In this document: positions 41,887-51,804 of the stretch, piece after piece
How the letters are laid out: every line of letters begins with the position of its first letter
Position numbering within the stretch: the stretch's first letter is position 1
Assembly (NCBI GenBank): GCA_045659405.1
Contig: JAZOWX010000042.1
Coordinates: 1-63,292, forward strand
Direction: 5' to 3'
Source of the DNA: Eubacteriales bacterium
GTDB lineage: Bacteria; Bacillota; Clostridia; Oscillospirales; CAG-272
DNA: 63,292 nt
Made by a program: the position numbers and the translations under genes
The notes under the pieces: model-generated
Databases searched by the model: none
What the model saw: only the letters and a program-made list of their open reading frames with translations
What the model was told of the DNA's origin: nothing

Positions 41887-44800
41887 TTTTGTCTTCCTTA
41901 CTATCAGCTTTTATTTTAAGGCAGGCTTCAAGAAGAAGTCTTGCCGCTTTTATCGGATCATCCGAGCGTTTCAGCTTATATATAACGCTTGGCGGTGATG
42001 CACGAAGCATAAGTCCCGGGTAGTGCGGTATCAAGCCGGCAAACAGCGCAAAGTCCGGCTCACCGAGCCGCAAATTAAGCGCACCGTCAATCTCTGATAC
42101 CTTTGATATACCCAGCTCCTCCGCCAGCGCCTTTATAAGCGCTACGTCAAGCAATCTTTCGGTAGACTTTGGCATATCACCGAATCTGTCGGTCAGCTCA
42201 TCCGAAACGTCTACCACGTCCTCATGGGATTTTATGAGAGATATTTTTTTATACATTTCCATCCTCTGCGAGGAGCTTCGTATATAGGTTTCGGGGATGT
42301 TGGCGCTAACGCTGATATCCACGGTTGCCGTGGGCGGAGGTGCTGTATTCTCTCCCTTCAGGTCAAGCACCGCTTCGGAAAGAAGCTTTACGTAAAGGTC
42401 GTAGCCGACACTTTCTATATATCCGTGCTGCTCCGCACCGAGAAGATTTCCCGCACCTCTTATTTCAAGGTCACGAAGCGCTACCTTGAAGCCTGCTCCG
42501 AATTCGGCAAACTCCCGTATTGCCCGAAGCCTTTTTTCCGCCACCTCGGAAAGCACCTTTCCTCGCCTGTACGTCAGGTATGCATACGCCTGTCTTCCGC
42601 TTCTGCCGACTCTGCCTCGAATCTGGTGGAGCTGCGAAAGTCCGAATCTGTCTGCGTTTTCGATTACCAGAGTATTTGCGCTAGGCAAATCCACTCCGGT
42701 TTCAATTATAGTGGTACAAACGAGTATATCTATCTCGTGACGAACAAGACTCTGCCATATATCCTCAAGCTCGTCACGTTCCATCTGACCGTGCGCAACA
42801 CCTACTCTTGCACCGGGGAAATCTCTTGCTATTCTTCCTGCAACGAGCGTTATATCCTCGACCTTGTTATAAAGGTAAAGCACCTGACCGCCGCGTGACA
42901 TCTCACGGCGCATAGCCTCGTATATCACCGACTCGTCATGCTCAAGAACGTAGGTCTGCACGGGTCGTCTTTCACCCGGAGCCTCGTCAAGCACCGACAT
43001 ATCACATATTCCGTTCATCGCCATATTAAGCGTTCTCGGTATCGGAGTGGCGCTGAGTGTCAGGGTATCGACGTTTTTCGCCATCTGCCGAAGCTTTTCC
43101 TTTTGAGCAACACCGAAGCGCTGCTCCTCGTCTATAACGAGAAGTCCGAGATTACGGAATTCAAGATTTTTGGATAAAAGCTTATGCGTTCCGATAAGTA
43201 TATCAACCGTACCTCGCTTTGCAGAGCGGAGTATGCGTTCCTGCTCCTTTGCGGATTTCAATCCCGAAAGCATCTCAACAGTTACCGGATACGCTCTCAT
43301 TCTTGAGGTTGCGGTCTGAAAATGCTGAAGCGCAAGTATGGTCGTCGGCACAAGTATGGCTACCTGCTTACCGCCCATTATCGCCTTGAACGCTGCACGA
43401 AGTGCAACCTCGGTTTTTCCGAATCCGACGTCACCGCAAAGCAGTCTGTTCATCGGCACAGGACGCATCATATCCCGCTTTATTTCCTCAATCGCAAGAA
43501 GCTGCGATTCGGTTTCCTCATACTCAAAGGAATCTGCAAACTGCTCCTCCATATCAGAGTCGGCAGGAAACGCAAAGCCGGGAAGCCTTTGTCTTTCGGC
43601 ATAAAGCTTTATAAGGCTTTCCGCTATATCACGAGCCGCACTCTTTGCCTTTGTCTTCGCACGGTTCCAGTCGCCGCCGCCCATCTTCGAGAGCTTGACA
43701 GTACCGCCCTTATCCCTTGCGCCTATATATTTTCCAATCATTTCAAGTCGGTCACAAGGAACAAAAAGCTTATCCGTGCCGGCATAGCGTATAGTTATAT
43801 AATCTCTTGTCACGCCCATTGTCGTGACAGTCTGTATTCCCTCGAAAAGTCCTATACCGTAATTGGCATGAACAACGTAATCACCAACAGAGAGGTCGGC
43901 ATAGCTCATAAGGCGCTGACCTGCGCCCCCAACCTTTTTCAGGATACGCTGACTGCGTCGTTTTGACATCTGACGGTAGCCTGCATCCTCTTTCATCGAC
44001 ACTACGGCTATCCTCGGTGTTATCAGGTCATAGCCCTCGCACTCACCGACTGCCACAAAAATACCGCCGCCCGGAGCAGAAGCTATATCAAAGCTTTCAA
44101 GGCTGACAGCACTTGCCATAATTCCGTCGTCATACAGCGTTGAAATAAGGGATTTTGCACCCTCCTTATTCTCCGCGAGTATCAGAACACGGTACATTCC
44201 GCGCTGATAACTCAAAAGCTCCTCTTTGAGCATAGCGAGGTTTCCGCCAAAGGAAACGTTTTTGCGGCATCTGAATCCGAAAATTCCGGAAGTTCTTATA
44301 TTACCGACACCGCCCGAAAAGGAATTTACGTGTACTGCAAAGCCACACTCGGATACGAAGTCAATATACTCGTCCTTGCTGAACGCAAATTTTGCGCATT
44401 TTTTTGAAACAGCGCCCGATTTAATAAGTTGAGCCGCAGCTTCCTCTGTGGATGCTATAAAGCTTTTTGCGCTTTCAAGACAGGCGCTTGTACCGACCAA
44501 AAGCGTCAAATGCGTGCCGAGCGAGGCTATCACCGTCAAAAGATTTTCAAACGCGGAATACACCGAACCGATATATTTATCCGAAATATCGAGCATTCGC
44601 CCCGAATCTATTGCCTGATACTCCAACGAAAGCTTTTCTGCCGTTTGCTCGTCTGCGAGCGACTTAAGGCGCAAAATCTCGTCCAAAAGAGTGCGTCGGC
44701 TATCTGCGGTGACAATCACCTCTCTTGCGGGAAGCAAAAGAATCTCATCAGATGCCATAACCGTGGTCCTTTGCGAAATTACGTCAAAGTGCGCCATTCG

Positions 44801-45418
44801 GTCTATTTCATCACCGAAAAATTCTATTCTTACAGGCTCACCAAGATCGGCGGAAAAGAAATCAACAATTCCACCGCGATGCGAAAACTGTCCCCCACCG
44901 TCAACCGCATCTGTCGGTGCATATCCAAGCGACACGAGCGTTTGAGTAAGCTCGTTGATGGATATCTCCATACCTACAAAAAGCTTGAGGCACAGCGAAT
45001 CCAAAAACGTCTTTGGCATAGTTCTGGATACTGCGGCGGCAGGTGTTGCAACAACGCAGTCCGCCTCACCGAGAATAAGCTTATATAACACCGAAAGCCT
45101 CTCACGCTCTGTATCGTGGGAGGCACTTATACTGTCAAATATAAATTCTCTGCCGGGATAATGCATCGCGCGAAGTCCGCTATCCGAAAGCTCACGGCAA
45201 ATGCTCCTGCACTCCTCGTCGGTGGGCGCAAGTACAAGCGACACGGCTTTATCCTTACCCGCATGGACACACTCGGTAATAAACGCACCGACAGCACCGC
45301 CCGAAAGTCCGTTTATAACGGCTGCGGGAGCGCCGCCAACCCGAAGCGAATCCGAGAGCAACTCACAAAAGGCAGAGAATTCTTTATCAGCGCATATAAG
45401 ACTCGATAGTCTTGCCAT
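41879..45418 (-). CDS. mfd: Transcription-repair coupling factor
   Basis: RGGIVDFF, RIEFFGDEID, GDYVVHANYGIG, CGDVGFGKTEVA, DEEQRFGV, SATPIPRTL, QIRGRVGR, RDLEIRGAG. Confidence 0.97.
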   Translation of the reverse strand: MARLSSLICADKEFSAFCELLSDSLRVGGAPAAVINGLSGGAVGAFITECVHAGKDKAVSLVLAPTDEECRSICRELSDSGLRAMHYPGREFIFDSISASHDTERERLSVLYKLILGEADCVVATPAAAVSRTMPKTFLDSLCLKLFVGMEISINELTQTLVSLGYAPTDAVDGGGQFSHRGGIVDFFSADLGEPVRIEFFGDEIDRMAHFDVISQRTTVMASDEILLLPAREVIVTADSRRTLLDEILRLKSLADEQTAEKLSLEYQAIDSGRMLDISDKYIGSVYSAFENLLTVIASLGTHLTLLVGTSACLESAKSFIASTEEAAAQLIKSGAVSKKCAKFAFSKDEYIDFVSECGFAVHVNSFSGGVGNIRTSGIFGFRCRKNVSFGGNLAMLKEELLSYQRGMYRVLILAENKEGAKSLISTLYDDGIMASAVSLESFDIASAPGGGIFVAVGECEGYDLITPRIAVVSMKEDAGYRQMSKRRSQRILKKVGGAGQRLMSYADLSVGDYVVHANYGIGLFEGIQTVTTMGVTRDYITIRYAGTDKLFVPCDRLEMIGKYIGARDKGGTVKLSKMGGGDWNRAKTKAKSAARDIAESLIKLYAERQRLPGFAFPADSDMEEQFADSFEYEETESQLLAIEEIKRDMMRPVPMNRLLCGDVGFGKTEVALRAAFKAIMGGKQVAILVPTTILALQHFQTATSRMRAYPVTVEMLSGLKSAKEQERILRSAKRGTVDILIGTHKLLSKNLEFRNLGLLVIDEEQRFGVAQKEKLRQMAKNVDTLTLSATPIPRTLNMAMNGICDMSVLDEAPGERRPVQTYVLEHDESVIYEAMRREMSRGGQVLYLYNKVEDITLVAGRIARDFPGARVGVAHGQMERDELEDIWQSLVRHEIDILVCTTIIETGVDLPSANTLVIENADRFGLSQLHQIRGRVGRSGRQAYAYLTYRRGKVLSEVAEKRLRAIREFAEFGAGFKVALRDLEIRGAGNLLGAEQHGYIESVGYDLYVKLLSEAVLDLKGENTAPPPTATVDISVSANIPETYIRSSSQRMEMYKKISLIKSHEDVVDVSDELTDRFGDMPKSTERLLDVALIKALAEELGISKVSEIDGALNLRLGEPDFALFAGLIPHYPGLMLRASPPSVIYKLKRSDDPIKAARLLLEACLKIKADSKEDKNE

Positions 45419-45461
45419 AAAGAAAAACCTCTTTTTGACAATTTATGTTTGCAAAAACAAT

Positions 45462-46082
45462 TTATTTGGAGTGTTTATTCATCGACTCATCTATTTTTCC
45501 GTCGAGGATAAGCTCCACCGCAGATTTTATATCACCAAATCTCGCCTTAATTTTATCGGCATCACCGACAGGAATATTTCCAAGCACGAAATCGACAAGG
45601 TCATAGTCGGGAGACGGCTTTTTTCCAACTCCTACCTTTATTCTTGGGAAGCCGTCACCTATATGAGAGATGATGCTTTTCAGACCGTTATGGCCACCCG
45701 CAGAGCCCTGCCGCCTTATCCTTATCACACCGGGATCAAAGCTTATTTCATCGTGTATAATTATAATTCTGTCAGCAGGTATTTTATAAAAATCAGCAGC
45801 CGCACCTATGGCATCGCCCGAGCTGTTCATAAAGGTTTGCGGCTTCATAAGAAGCACTCTGTGCGAGCCTATGGTAACGTCACTTATGAGGGCGGAGAAT
45901 TTCGCTCTGTCTATTTTCACCGAAAGCTTATCAGCTATGTAATCGAGAGCCAAAAAGCCTATGTTATGCCGTGTTCTTTCGTATTTGTCACCCGGATTTC
46001 CAAGGCCCGCTATTATAGCGGTAGGCGGTGTGGTTGCGCCCTGTTTTTCTATCTTTTTGAAGAGTGCGAATATATCAGTCAT
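45462..46082 (-). CDS. pth: Peptidyl-tRNA hydrolase
   Basis: GLGNPGDKYERTRHNIGF, KPQTFMNSSG, HDE, GSAGGHNGLKSI; start at ATG 46082. Confidence 0.95.
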   Translation of the reverse strand: MTDIFALFKKIEKQGATTPPTAIIAGLGNPGDKYERTRHNIGFLALDYIADKLSVKIDRAKFSALISDVTIGSHRVLLMKPQTFMNSSGDAIGAAADFYKIPADRIIIIHDEISFDPGVIRIRRQGSAGGHNGLKSIISHIGDGFPRIKVGVGKKPSPDYDLVDFVLGNIPVGDADKIKARFGDIKSAVELILDGKIDESMNKHSK

Positions 46083-46701
46083 TCTCTTTAACCAAAATAA
46101 GCTCTTTTGCATACGGAAGCGATGCTATTGCATCACAAAGAGTATGCCATTCGGCAAGCTTATGATTCTTTCTTGCGTAGTAAATATTGATAAGCACCTC
46201 GTAATTGAGCGTTACGGTACGCATCTGGTTAAAGGACGAGGGCAAAAGCTGTATCATATTATGCCATGCATCCCGCTCCTTGGTTTCGTTAAAGCGAACA
46301 CGCTCACCCTCAAGGTAAGAAATAAGCCCATCAAGCACAGCAAGAGCGTCGGGAGTCAGCCTATCGCAGGAAAAGTCCTCACGGCTGAATTCCTTTGCCT
46401 GTATTTTGTGCATAGTCGAGCAGGAATTTGCAACAGTACCTACTTTGTAGGTATCAAATTCCTTCCACCAATAAAGCGGAGCTGTGATATCCATAGAAAC
46501 CATAATCTGGCGCAGGTATTTTCTGTGATCGCTTCCTGCCTTTGCAAGTCTTGAGGCAAGCGACAAATCGTTCTCGCCAAGCACGAATTCGCCACGCTCA
46601 TTATAGTAGCTATCCATTCTCGCCCAGCTGTTCAGCGGATTTCTTGCGCCTCGAATGGCGTTTTCCATATTCATAACGTAAATTCTCTCAACTTTAAGCA
46701 T
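46075..46701 (-). CDS. Conserved hypothetical protein, possibly ThyX-fold
   Basis: AGSDHRKYLRQ...ITAPLYWWKEFDTYKVGTVANSCSTMHK...LLPSSF...NYEVL...RKNHKLAEW; ATG 46701 with GGAGG RBS. Confidence 0.55.
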   Translation of the reverse strand: MLKVERIYVMNMENAIRGARNPLNSWARMDSYYNERGEFVLGENDLSLASRLAKAGSDHRKYLRQIMVSMDITAPLYWWKEFDTYKVGTVANSCSTMHKIQAKEFSREDFSCDRLTPDALAVLDGLISYLEGERVRFNETKERDAWHNMIQLLPSSFNQMRTVTLNYEVLINIYYARKNHKLAEWHTLCDAIASLPYAKELILVKEND

Positions 46702-46742
46702 AGAAGTCCTCCCGCTTGTGCGTAAAAAACATAATTTTATAT

Positions 46743-46771
46743 ATTTTAACACACATAGCTGTTGTTGTCAA
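46743..46771 (-). promoter_or_regulatory. sigmaA promoter of the hypothetical-pth-mfd operon
   Basis: TTGACA (46771-46766), 17 bp, TAAAAT (46748-46743). Confidence 0.7.
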
Positions 46772-46814
46772 TGACGTAATTGTAAAAAAGGAAGAACAAA
46801 GTCATAACAAAGCT

Positions 46815-47213
46815 TTAGGAAGCGTAAAAGAGGCAGAGAAAAATCAAAGCAAAAACCAAAAAGAGCGCACCGACGCAAAGCGGCACAGTACCGCTTATAA
46901 ATTCGGCTCGTCTGCGCCTGGATTTGAATTCATAAAACCGCTCATTTGACCAAGCCGAAAACGGAGCGAGTATTCCGACAAGCCTTGTAAAAGCGTACGA
47001 GAATATATCGAACACCCCTGATCGGGAAGCCAGTATCAACGTGCCAACGCCAAGAAGAATAACAGCCGGAAGAGTCATTGCATCAGCAAGAGCCCGATAC
47101 CCCAAGCCGCCGCCAAATAAATCCGAGCCGCCCGACATATAAAGCGCAATGCTCATAATAAATCCACCCGCAATCAATGATATAAAAAGCGGTGTAAAAA
47201 TGCGTTTGTTCAT
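46815..47213 (-). CDS. Small membrane protein, DUF3899-like
   Basis: 3 TM; GVFDIFSYAF and FYEFK motifs; directly follows oppF. Confidence 0.6.
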   Translation of the reverse strand: MNKRIFTPLFISLIAGGFIMSIALYMSGGSDLFGGGLGYRALADAMTLPAVILLGVGTLILASRSGVFDIFSYAFTRLVGILAPFSAWSNERFYEFKSRRRRAEFISGTVPLCVGALFLVFALIFLCLFYAS

Positions 47214-47225
47214 AACGTTTCCCAA

Positions 47226-48152
47226 CTAAAACGGCAGCACGTAATGGTCGGGATGCACCTCCTTCATTTCTTCGTTTTTAGGAGAAAAATCCTCTTTGTT
47301 GTAAACAATTCTTTTCTTATTACGTTCAATTTTAGGATTTGGAATAGGAATTGCGGAAAGAAGCGCTTTTGTATATGGGTGTATTGGATTTTCAAAAAGC
47401 TCTGCCGAAGAAGCAAGCTCGACAAGCCGACCAAGATACATAACACCAATCCTTGTGCAAAAATGCTTAACAACCGAAAGGTCGTGCGCTATGAACATAA
47501 CAGCAAGTCCGAGCTCCTCTCGCAAATCAGAAAGCAAATTGATTATCTGCGCCTGAACAGAAACGTCAAGAGCCGAAACCGGCTCGTCCGCTATTATAAG
47601 CTCGGGGCGCATAATTACCGCCCTTGCTATACCTATTCTCTGTCTTTGTCCGCCCGAAAACTCGTGTGGATATCTGTCCGAAAAATCGGCTGAAAGTCCG
47701 ACAAGCTTCATAATTTCAAAAACCTTTTCGCTTATAAAATTTTTATCACGCTCGCCGCTTATAATCACCCCCTCCGCTATTATTTCCCGTACCGTCATTC
47801 TGGGATTAAGCGAGGACAGAGGGTCCTGAAACACCATTTGCACACCCCGTCTTTTATCTCCCATTTTTTTAAGATCATAGCCGCGATAGCGTACTCCCTC
47901 ACGCACGGATATATCCTCTGACCCGAATATTATTTCACCGCCGCTTATCTTATTTATCCCCATAATAGCTCTGCCGGTTGTTGTCTTTCCAGAGCCCGAT
48001 TCACCGACAAGGCCGAATGCCTCACCTCGCCCGATATCAAAGCTGACGTTATTAACAGCAGAGAAAATACCGCCCTTAACCTTGAAATTCTGTGTAAGAT
48101 TTTTTACACGCAGTAACGGCTCGTTATAGTTGTTTTCGCTCATATTACTCAT
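47226..48152 (-). CDS. oppF: Oligopeptide ABC transporter ATPase
   Basis: GLVGESGSGKTT, FQDPLSSLNP, YPHEFSGGQRQRIG, HPYTKALLSAIP; exact start uncertain (48143-48170). Confidence 0.92.
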   Translation of the reverse strand: MSNMSENNYNEPLLRVKNLTQNFKVKGGIFSAVNNVSFDIGRGEAFGLVGESGSGKTTTGRAIMGINKISGGEIIFGSEDISVREGVRYRGYDLKKMGDKRRGVQMVFQDPLSSLNPRMTVREIIAEGVIISGERDKNFISEKVFEIMKLVGLSADFSDRYPHEFSGGQRQRIGIARAVIMRPELIIADEPVSALDVSVQAQIINLLSDLREELGLAVMFIAHDLSVVKHFCTRIGVMYLGRLVELASSAELFENPIHPYTKALLSAIPIPNPKIERNKKRIVYNKEDFSPKNEEMKEVHPDHYVLPF

Positions 48153-49173
48153 CACACCGCATCTTTTCAATTCTTTTTTTCAGTTTTTCAGGCATTTCTA
48201 TTTTCGGAGCACTCGGATGCAGAAGCCAGGTAGCCGCACTGTGCGTCTGTGAAATTTCAAACATCGGCGGCTCAATTTCATAGTCGATTTGCAAGGCATA
48301 TTTATTTCTCGGAGCAAACGCATCACCCCTCGGCGGATCGCTCATACTCGGTACAGCACCTCCAATAGCATCAAGTCGCCCCGTCTCATCCAGCGTTGGA
48401 ACTGATGAAAAAAGCGCCCAGGTATACGGGTGTCTTGGGTCGAAGAATATTTCCTCACAGCTTCCGTATTCAACAATTTTACCTGCGTACATAACAGCTA
48501 TTCTGTCGGCTATTCTCGCCACAACGCCAAGGTCGTGAGTTATAAAAATTACAGAAAGGCCTCGCCTTTTGTTCAGGTCGGCTATTAAATCAAGTATCTG
48601 CGCCTGAATTGTTACGTCAAGAGCGGTTGTCGGCTCATCGCATATCAGTATTTCAGGGTCAGCCGAAAGAGCGATTGCTATCACTATTCTCTGCCTCATT
48701 CCTCCCGAAAACTGAAAAGGATATTGCTCGTATCTCGCCTCTGCGTCGCTTATGCCTACCTCGCCCATAAGCTCTATTGCCCGTCTTTTCGCCTCCGCTT
48801 TTCCAATACCGCCTCTTTTGAGGATTGCTTCGGTTATCTGTCGGCCAACCTTCATCGTAGGATTCAGTGAGGAGAGGGGATCCTGAAATACCATAGCAAT
48901 TTTCCTGCCGCGGATTTTACACATCTGCTCCTCGGAAAGCCCCAGCAGATCCTCACCGTTATATATAATTTTTCCGCCCGACGTCACGGCATTTTGCGGA
49001 AGTATTCCCATAATAGCTTTAGAGCTTACCGATTTTCCCGATCCCGATTCCCCGACTATTGCCAGAACCTCGGCAGAAAAAAGAGAAAACGAAACACCAC
49101 GCACAGCATACGTCCTGCCAAGAGGCGTCCGAAAGCTTATTTCAAGATTTTGAACGTCAAGTATTTTTTTCAT
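48145..49173 (-). CDS. oppD: Oligopeptide ABC transporter ATPase
   Basis: AIVGESGSGKS, YPFQFSGGMRQR, DEPTTALDVTIQAQ, HPYTW, GDAFAPRN. Confidence 0.93.
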   Translation of the reverse strand: MKKILDVQNLEISFRTPLGRTYAVRGVSFSLFSAEVLAIVGESGSGKSVSSKAIMGILPQNAVTSGGKIIYNGEDLLGLSEEQMCKIRGRKIAMVFQDPLSSLNPTMKVGRQITEAILKRGGIGKAEAKRRAIELMGEVGISDAEARYEQYPFQFSGGMRQRIVIAIALSADPEILICDEPTTALDVTIQAQILDLIADLNKRRGLSVIFITHDLGVVARIADRIAVMYAGKIVEYGSCEEIFFDPRHPYTWALFSSVPTLDETGRLDAIGGAVPSMSDPPRGDAFAPRNKYALQIDYEIEPPMFEISQTHSAATWLLHPSAPKIEMPEKLKKRIEKMRCDE

Positions 49174-49188
49174 AAGACCTCACAAAAT

Positions 49189-50799
49189 TCACACCGCCCC
49201 TCGCAGGCTCGGATTAAGTGCGTCACGAAGTCCGTTGCCGAAAAGGTTGAATGATATCATAAGAAGCGATATAATAAGCGCCGGCACAAGCATAAGATGC
49301 GGGTAATTTGTCCATATTCCCGAAGCCTCCGAAAGAAGCGTACCGAGCGAGGTAATCTCGCTTGTTCCAAGATTCACTATACCGAGGAAGGAAAGCATAC
49401 TTTCGGTAAAAATAACACCCGGTATGACGAGTACAGATGCGGTTATCAGAGTGCCGAGAGTATTCGGGAATATGTGCTTCCATATAATTCTTCTGTCGGT
49501 GGCTCCGAGTGTACGTGCTGACATAACGTATTCCGAGCCCTTAAACCTATAAAACTGTGTTCGCACACGAAGCGCTGTGGCTATCCAGCCCGTCAGCACA
49601 AAGGCGAACAAAAGGCTTACGATAGCGCCTACACGCTCCGCCAGATGAATTTGAAAAAGCGTTTGAACGACTATGGTCGGCACTCCCGAAAGAACGTCAG
49701 TGATACGAGACATAACAAGATCAATACCGCCTCCGTAGTATCCCGCAACCGCTCCGTAAAGCGCTCCGATTACAAGATTTATAAGCGATACAGCCACGGC
49801 TATGAAAAGCGAAAGTCCGATACCGCCTGCCGTACGTGCGGCAAGATCATACCCTTGCGAATCTGTGCCGAGTATATAATCAGGCGTCGAGCCGTTTTTG
49901 TAGCGGAAATAGTTATAATAAAGAACACGCACACGCCGTTCAGCCCCCGCCGACGAGCCGGAAGGCTGATAGTAGACAGGCTTACCGTCACCACCTCGCA
50001 TATAATTGTCCGAAAGCCTCATATCCGCAGAAAACTCTAACTGCCCGACATCCGAAACGGTTGGGTTTCCAAGCTCGTCAAGTATAACGTTGCCATCGTC
50101 ATCGGTAGCATATATGACGCTTATAGGGTTGGCGCTCTCATCCGTCATATACCAATAATTAGCATTGCCCGGGGCGGGATTATATTGATTATCCTTTATA
50201 AGCGGAAAAATTACAGCATTGCCGCTCTCGTTTTCATATTCAATAATATTGTTATATTCGTCAGGACTTATGTTCATATATATAAAGCCTACCTCAAGAT
50301 AACTGTCCACAAGCGCCCGATACATCGTTTTTCCGCCTGCGCCAAGCTTGGAATACTCATAGTCAAGAATCGGCAGATATTCTTTATCCACCTCCGAAAA
50401 CGCAGGCGTGTCCCCCTCTTTAGAAGCAGCTCCCACACCAATGCCGAAAAGATATACAAGCCTTCTTTCGGTAAGGTTGTATTTTCTGCCGCCCCCTAAA
50501 ACCCCAAACGTATTGCGCACCCATGAAACTCTTGGACTCATCTTTGCATAATAGGGGTCAAGAAAGTCTATCGGATGCGTAATTTGAAAAAGAGGTGTCA
50601 GAAATGCAAATAATAGTATGCAAATTATTATTACAAGCGCTAAAATAGACGCCTTGTTCTTTTTGAATCTACCCCAAGCATCCTTAAAATATCCAACGGA
50701 TTTATGCGCTGATTTTTCTGTTTGCTCTGCATCCACCATACCGATGATTTTAAACTTATCGGGTGTCAAATCGGGATATATATCGGTTATATTTTCCAT
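49189..50799 (-). CDS. oppC: Oligopeptide ABC permease with a large extracytoplasmic insertion
   Basis: YFKDAWGRFKKNK, LGTDSQGYD, EYVMSARTLGA...IIWKHIFPN, GNGLRDALNP; 536 aa. Confidence 0.9.
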   Translation of the reverse strand: MENITDIYPDLTPDKFKIIGMVDAEQTEKSAHKSVGYFKDAWGRFKKNKASILALVIIICILLFAFLTPLFQITHPIDFLDPYYAKMSPRVSWVRNTFGVLGGGRKYNLTERRLVYLFGIGVGAASKEGDTPAFSEVDKEYLPILDYEYSKLGAGGKTMYRALVDSYLEVGFIYMNISPDEYNNIIEYENESGNAVIFPLIKDNQYNPAPGNANYWYMTDESANPISVIYATDDDGNVILDELGNPTVSDVGQLEFSADMRLSDNYMRGGDGKPVYYQPSGSSAGAERRVRVLYYNYFRYKNGSTPDYILGTDSQGYDLAARTAGGIGLSLFIAVAVSLINLVIGALYGAVAGYYGGGIDLVMSRITDVLSGVPTIVVQTLFQIHLAERVGAIVSLLFAFVLTGWIATALRVRTQFYRFKGSEYVMSARTLGATDRRIIWKHIFPNTLGTLITASVLVIPGVIFTESMLSFLGIVNLGTSEITSLGTLLSEASGIWTNYPHLMLVPALIISLLMISFNLFGNGLRDALNPSLRGAV

Positions 50800-50833
50800 A
50801 ATTTCTGCTCTTTTATCTTTCTGTGCATCTTAA

Positions 50834-51796
50834 CTATTCCCTGTTTCCTATTCGTATTCTCGGGTCGATAAACCCATAGCTTATATCAACGACAATACCT
50901 GCAAAAAGACCGATTAACGTATAGAAAATCGTATCAGCCATAAAGACGTCGTAATCCCTTTGAACAATAGATTTGATATATAACTGCCCAACACCGGGAA
51001 TAGAAAATATTTCCTCTATTATCAAGGAGCCTGCGAGTATATCTATAAACGAGGCTATGATAGTCGGGAGTATCGGTACCATTGCATTGCGCAGAGCGTG
51101 ACGCACGAGCGCCTCTTTTCTGTTCAGCCCCTTTGCACGGGCAAGAAGCATATAATCCGAGGTCATAGATTCTGTCAGCTCGGCTCTTGTGAATCGGCAA
51201 AGTCCTGCTATCTCGCCAAAGGACAGCGCTATGACGGCAGGTATCATACTGTGAAACATAAGCGGAGAAAACCAAGACCCGCCCGCATCTGCAAGCGAGC
51301 GCACGGTCATAGGAAACAGACCGAGCCTGAAGCACAGAATGTACTGCACCAAAAATGCGTAAACATAGCTCGGCACGGATACAAACAGCATAACGAGCGT
51401 GCTTACGGTATGGTCCTGCCATCTGTTCTTTTTAGTTGCCGCAAATATGCCGAGCGCAATTCCAATCGGAGTTGAAAAAATCAGCGCATATATATTTACC
51501 AATACCGTCGGCAAAAGCCGAGAGGCTATAACATCCCAGGCGGGCTTTCTGACGGCTATATACCATGACGTGCCAAAATCCCATTTGGTGAATATATTTT
51601 TGAGATATATGCCGTATTGAACGAGAAGCGGCTTCCCGTAACCGAGCGCCTCCCAGCGCTCGAGCATTTGCTCTCGTAAATTTTTGTCCTCGGGAAGCTC
51701 CATTGGCAGCATTCGTATCAGCATAAAGCATACCGTTATTATTATGAATGCCACAAGAAACATAAGAAGAACACGCTTTAAAATATATCTGCCCAT
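50834..51796 (-). CDS. oppB: Oligopeptide ABC permease
   Basis: YILKR, DFGTS, DYMLLARAKGL...RHALRNA, IEEIFSIPGVG, IDPRIR. Confidence 0.92.
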   Translation of the reverse strand: MGRYILKRVLLMFLVAFIIITVCFMLIRMLPMELPEDKNLREQMLERWEALGYGKPLLVQYGIYLKNIFTKWDFGTSWYIAVRKPAWDVIASRLLPTVLVNIYALIFSTPIGIALGIFAATKKNRWQDHTVSTLVMLFVSVPSYVYAFLVQYILCFRLGLFPMTVRSLADAGGSWFSPLMFHSMIPAVIALSFGEIAGLCRFTRAELTESMTSDYMLLARAKGLNRKEALVRHALRNAMVPILPTIIASFIDILAGSLIIEEIFSIPGVGQLYIKSIVQRDYDVFMADTIFYTLIGLFAGIVVDISYGFIDPRIRIGNRE

Positions 51797-51804
51797 AAAA
51801 ATCC

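Noticed and set aside
42224-46554. Plus-strand ORFs of 200-300 aa opposite mfd and pth
   Set aside because: Shadow frames with no family motifs
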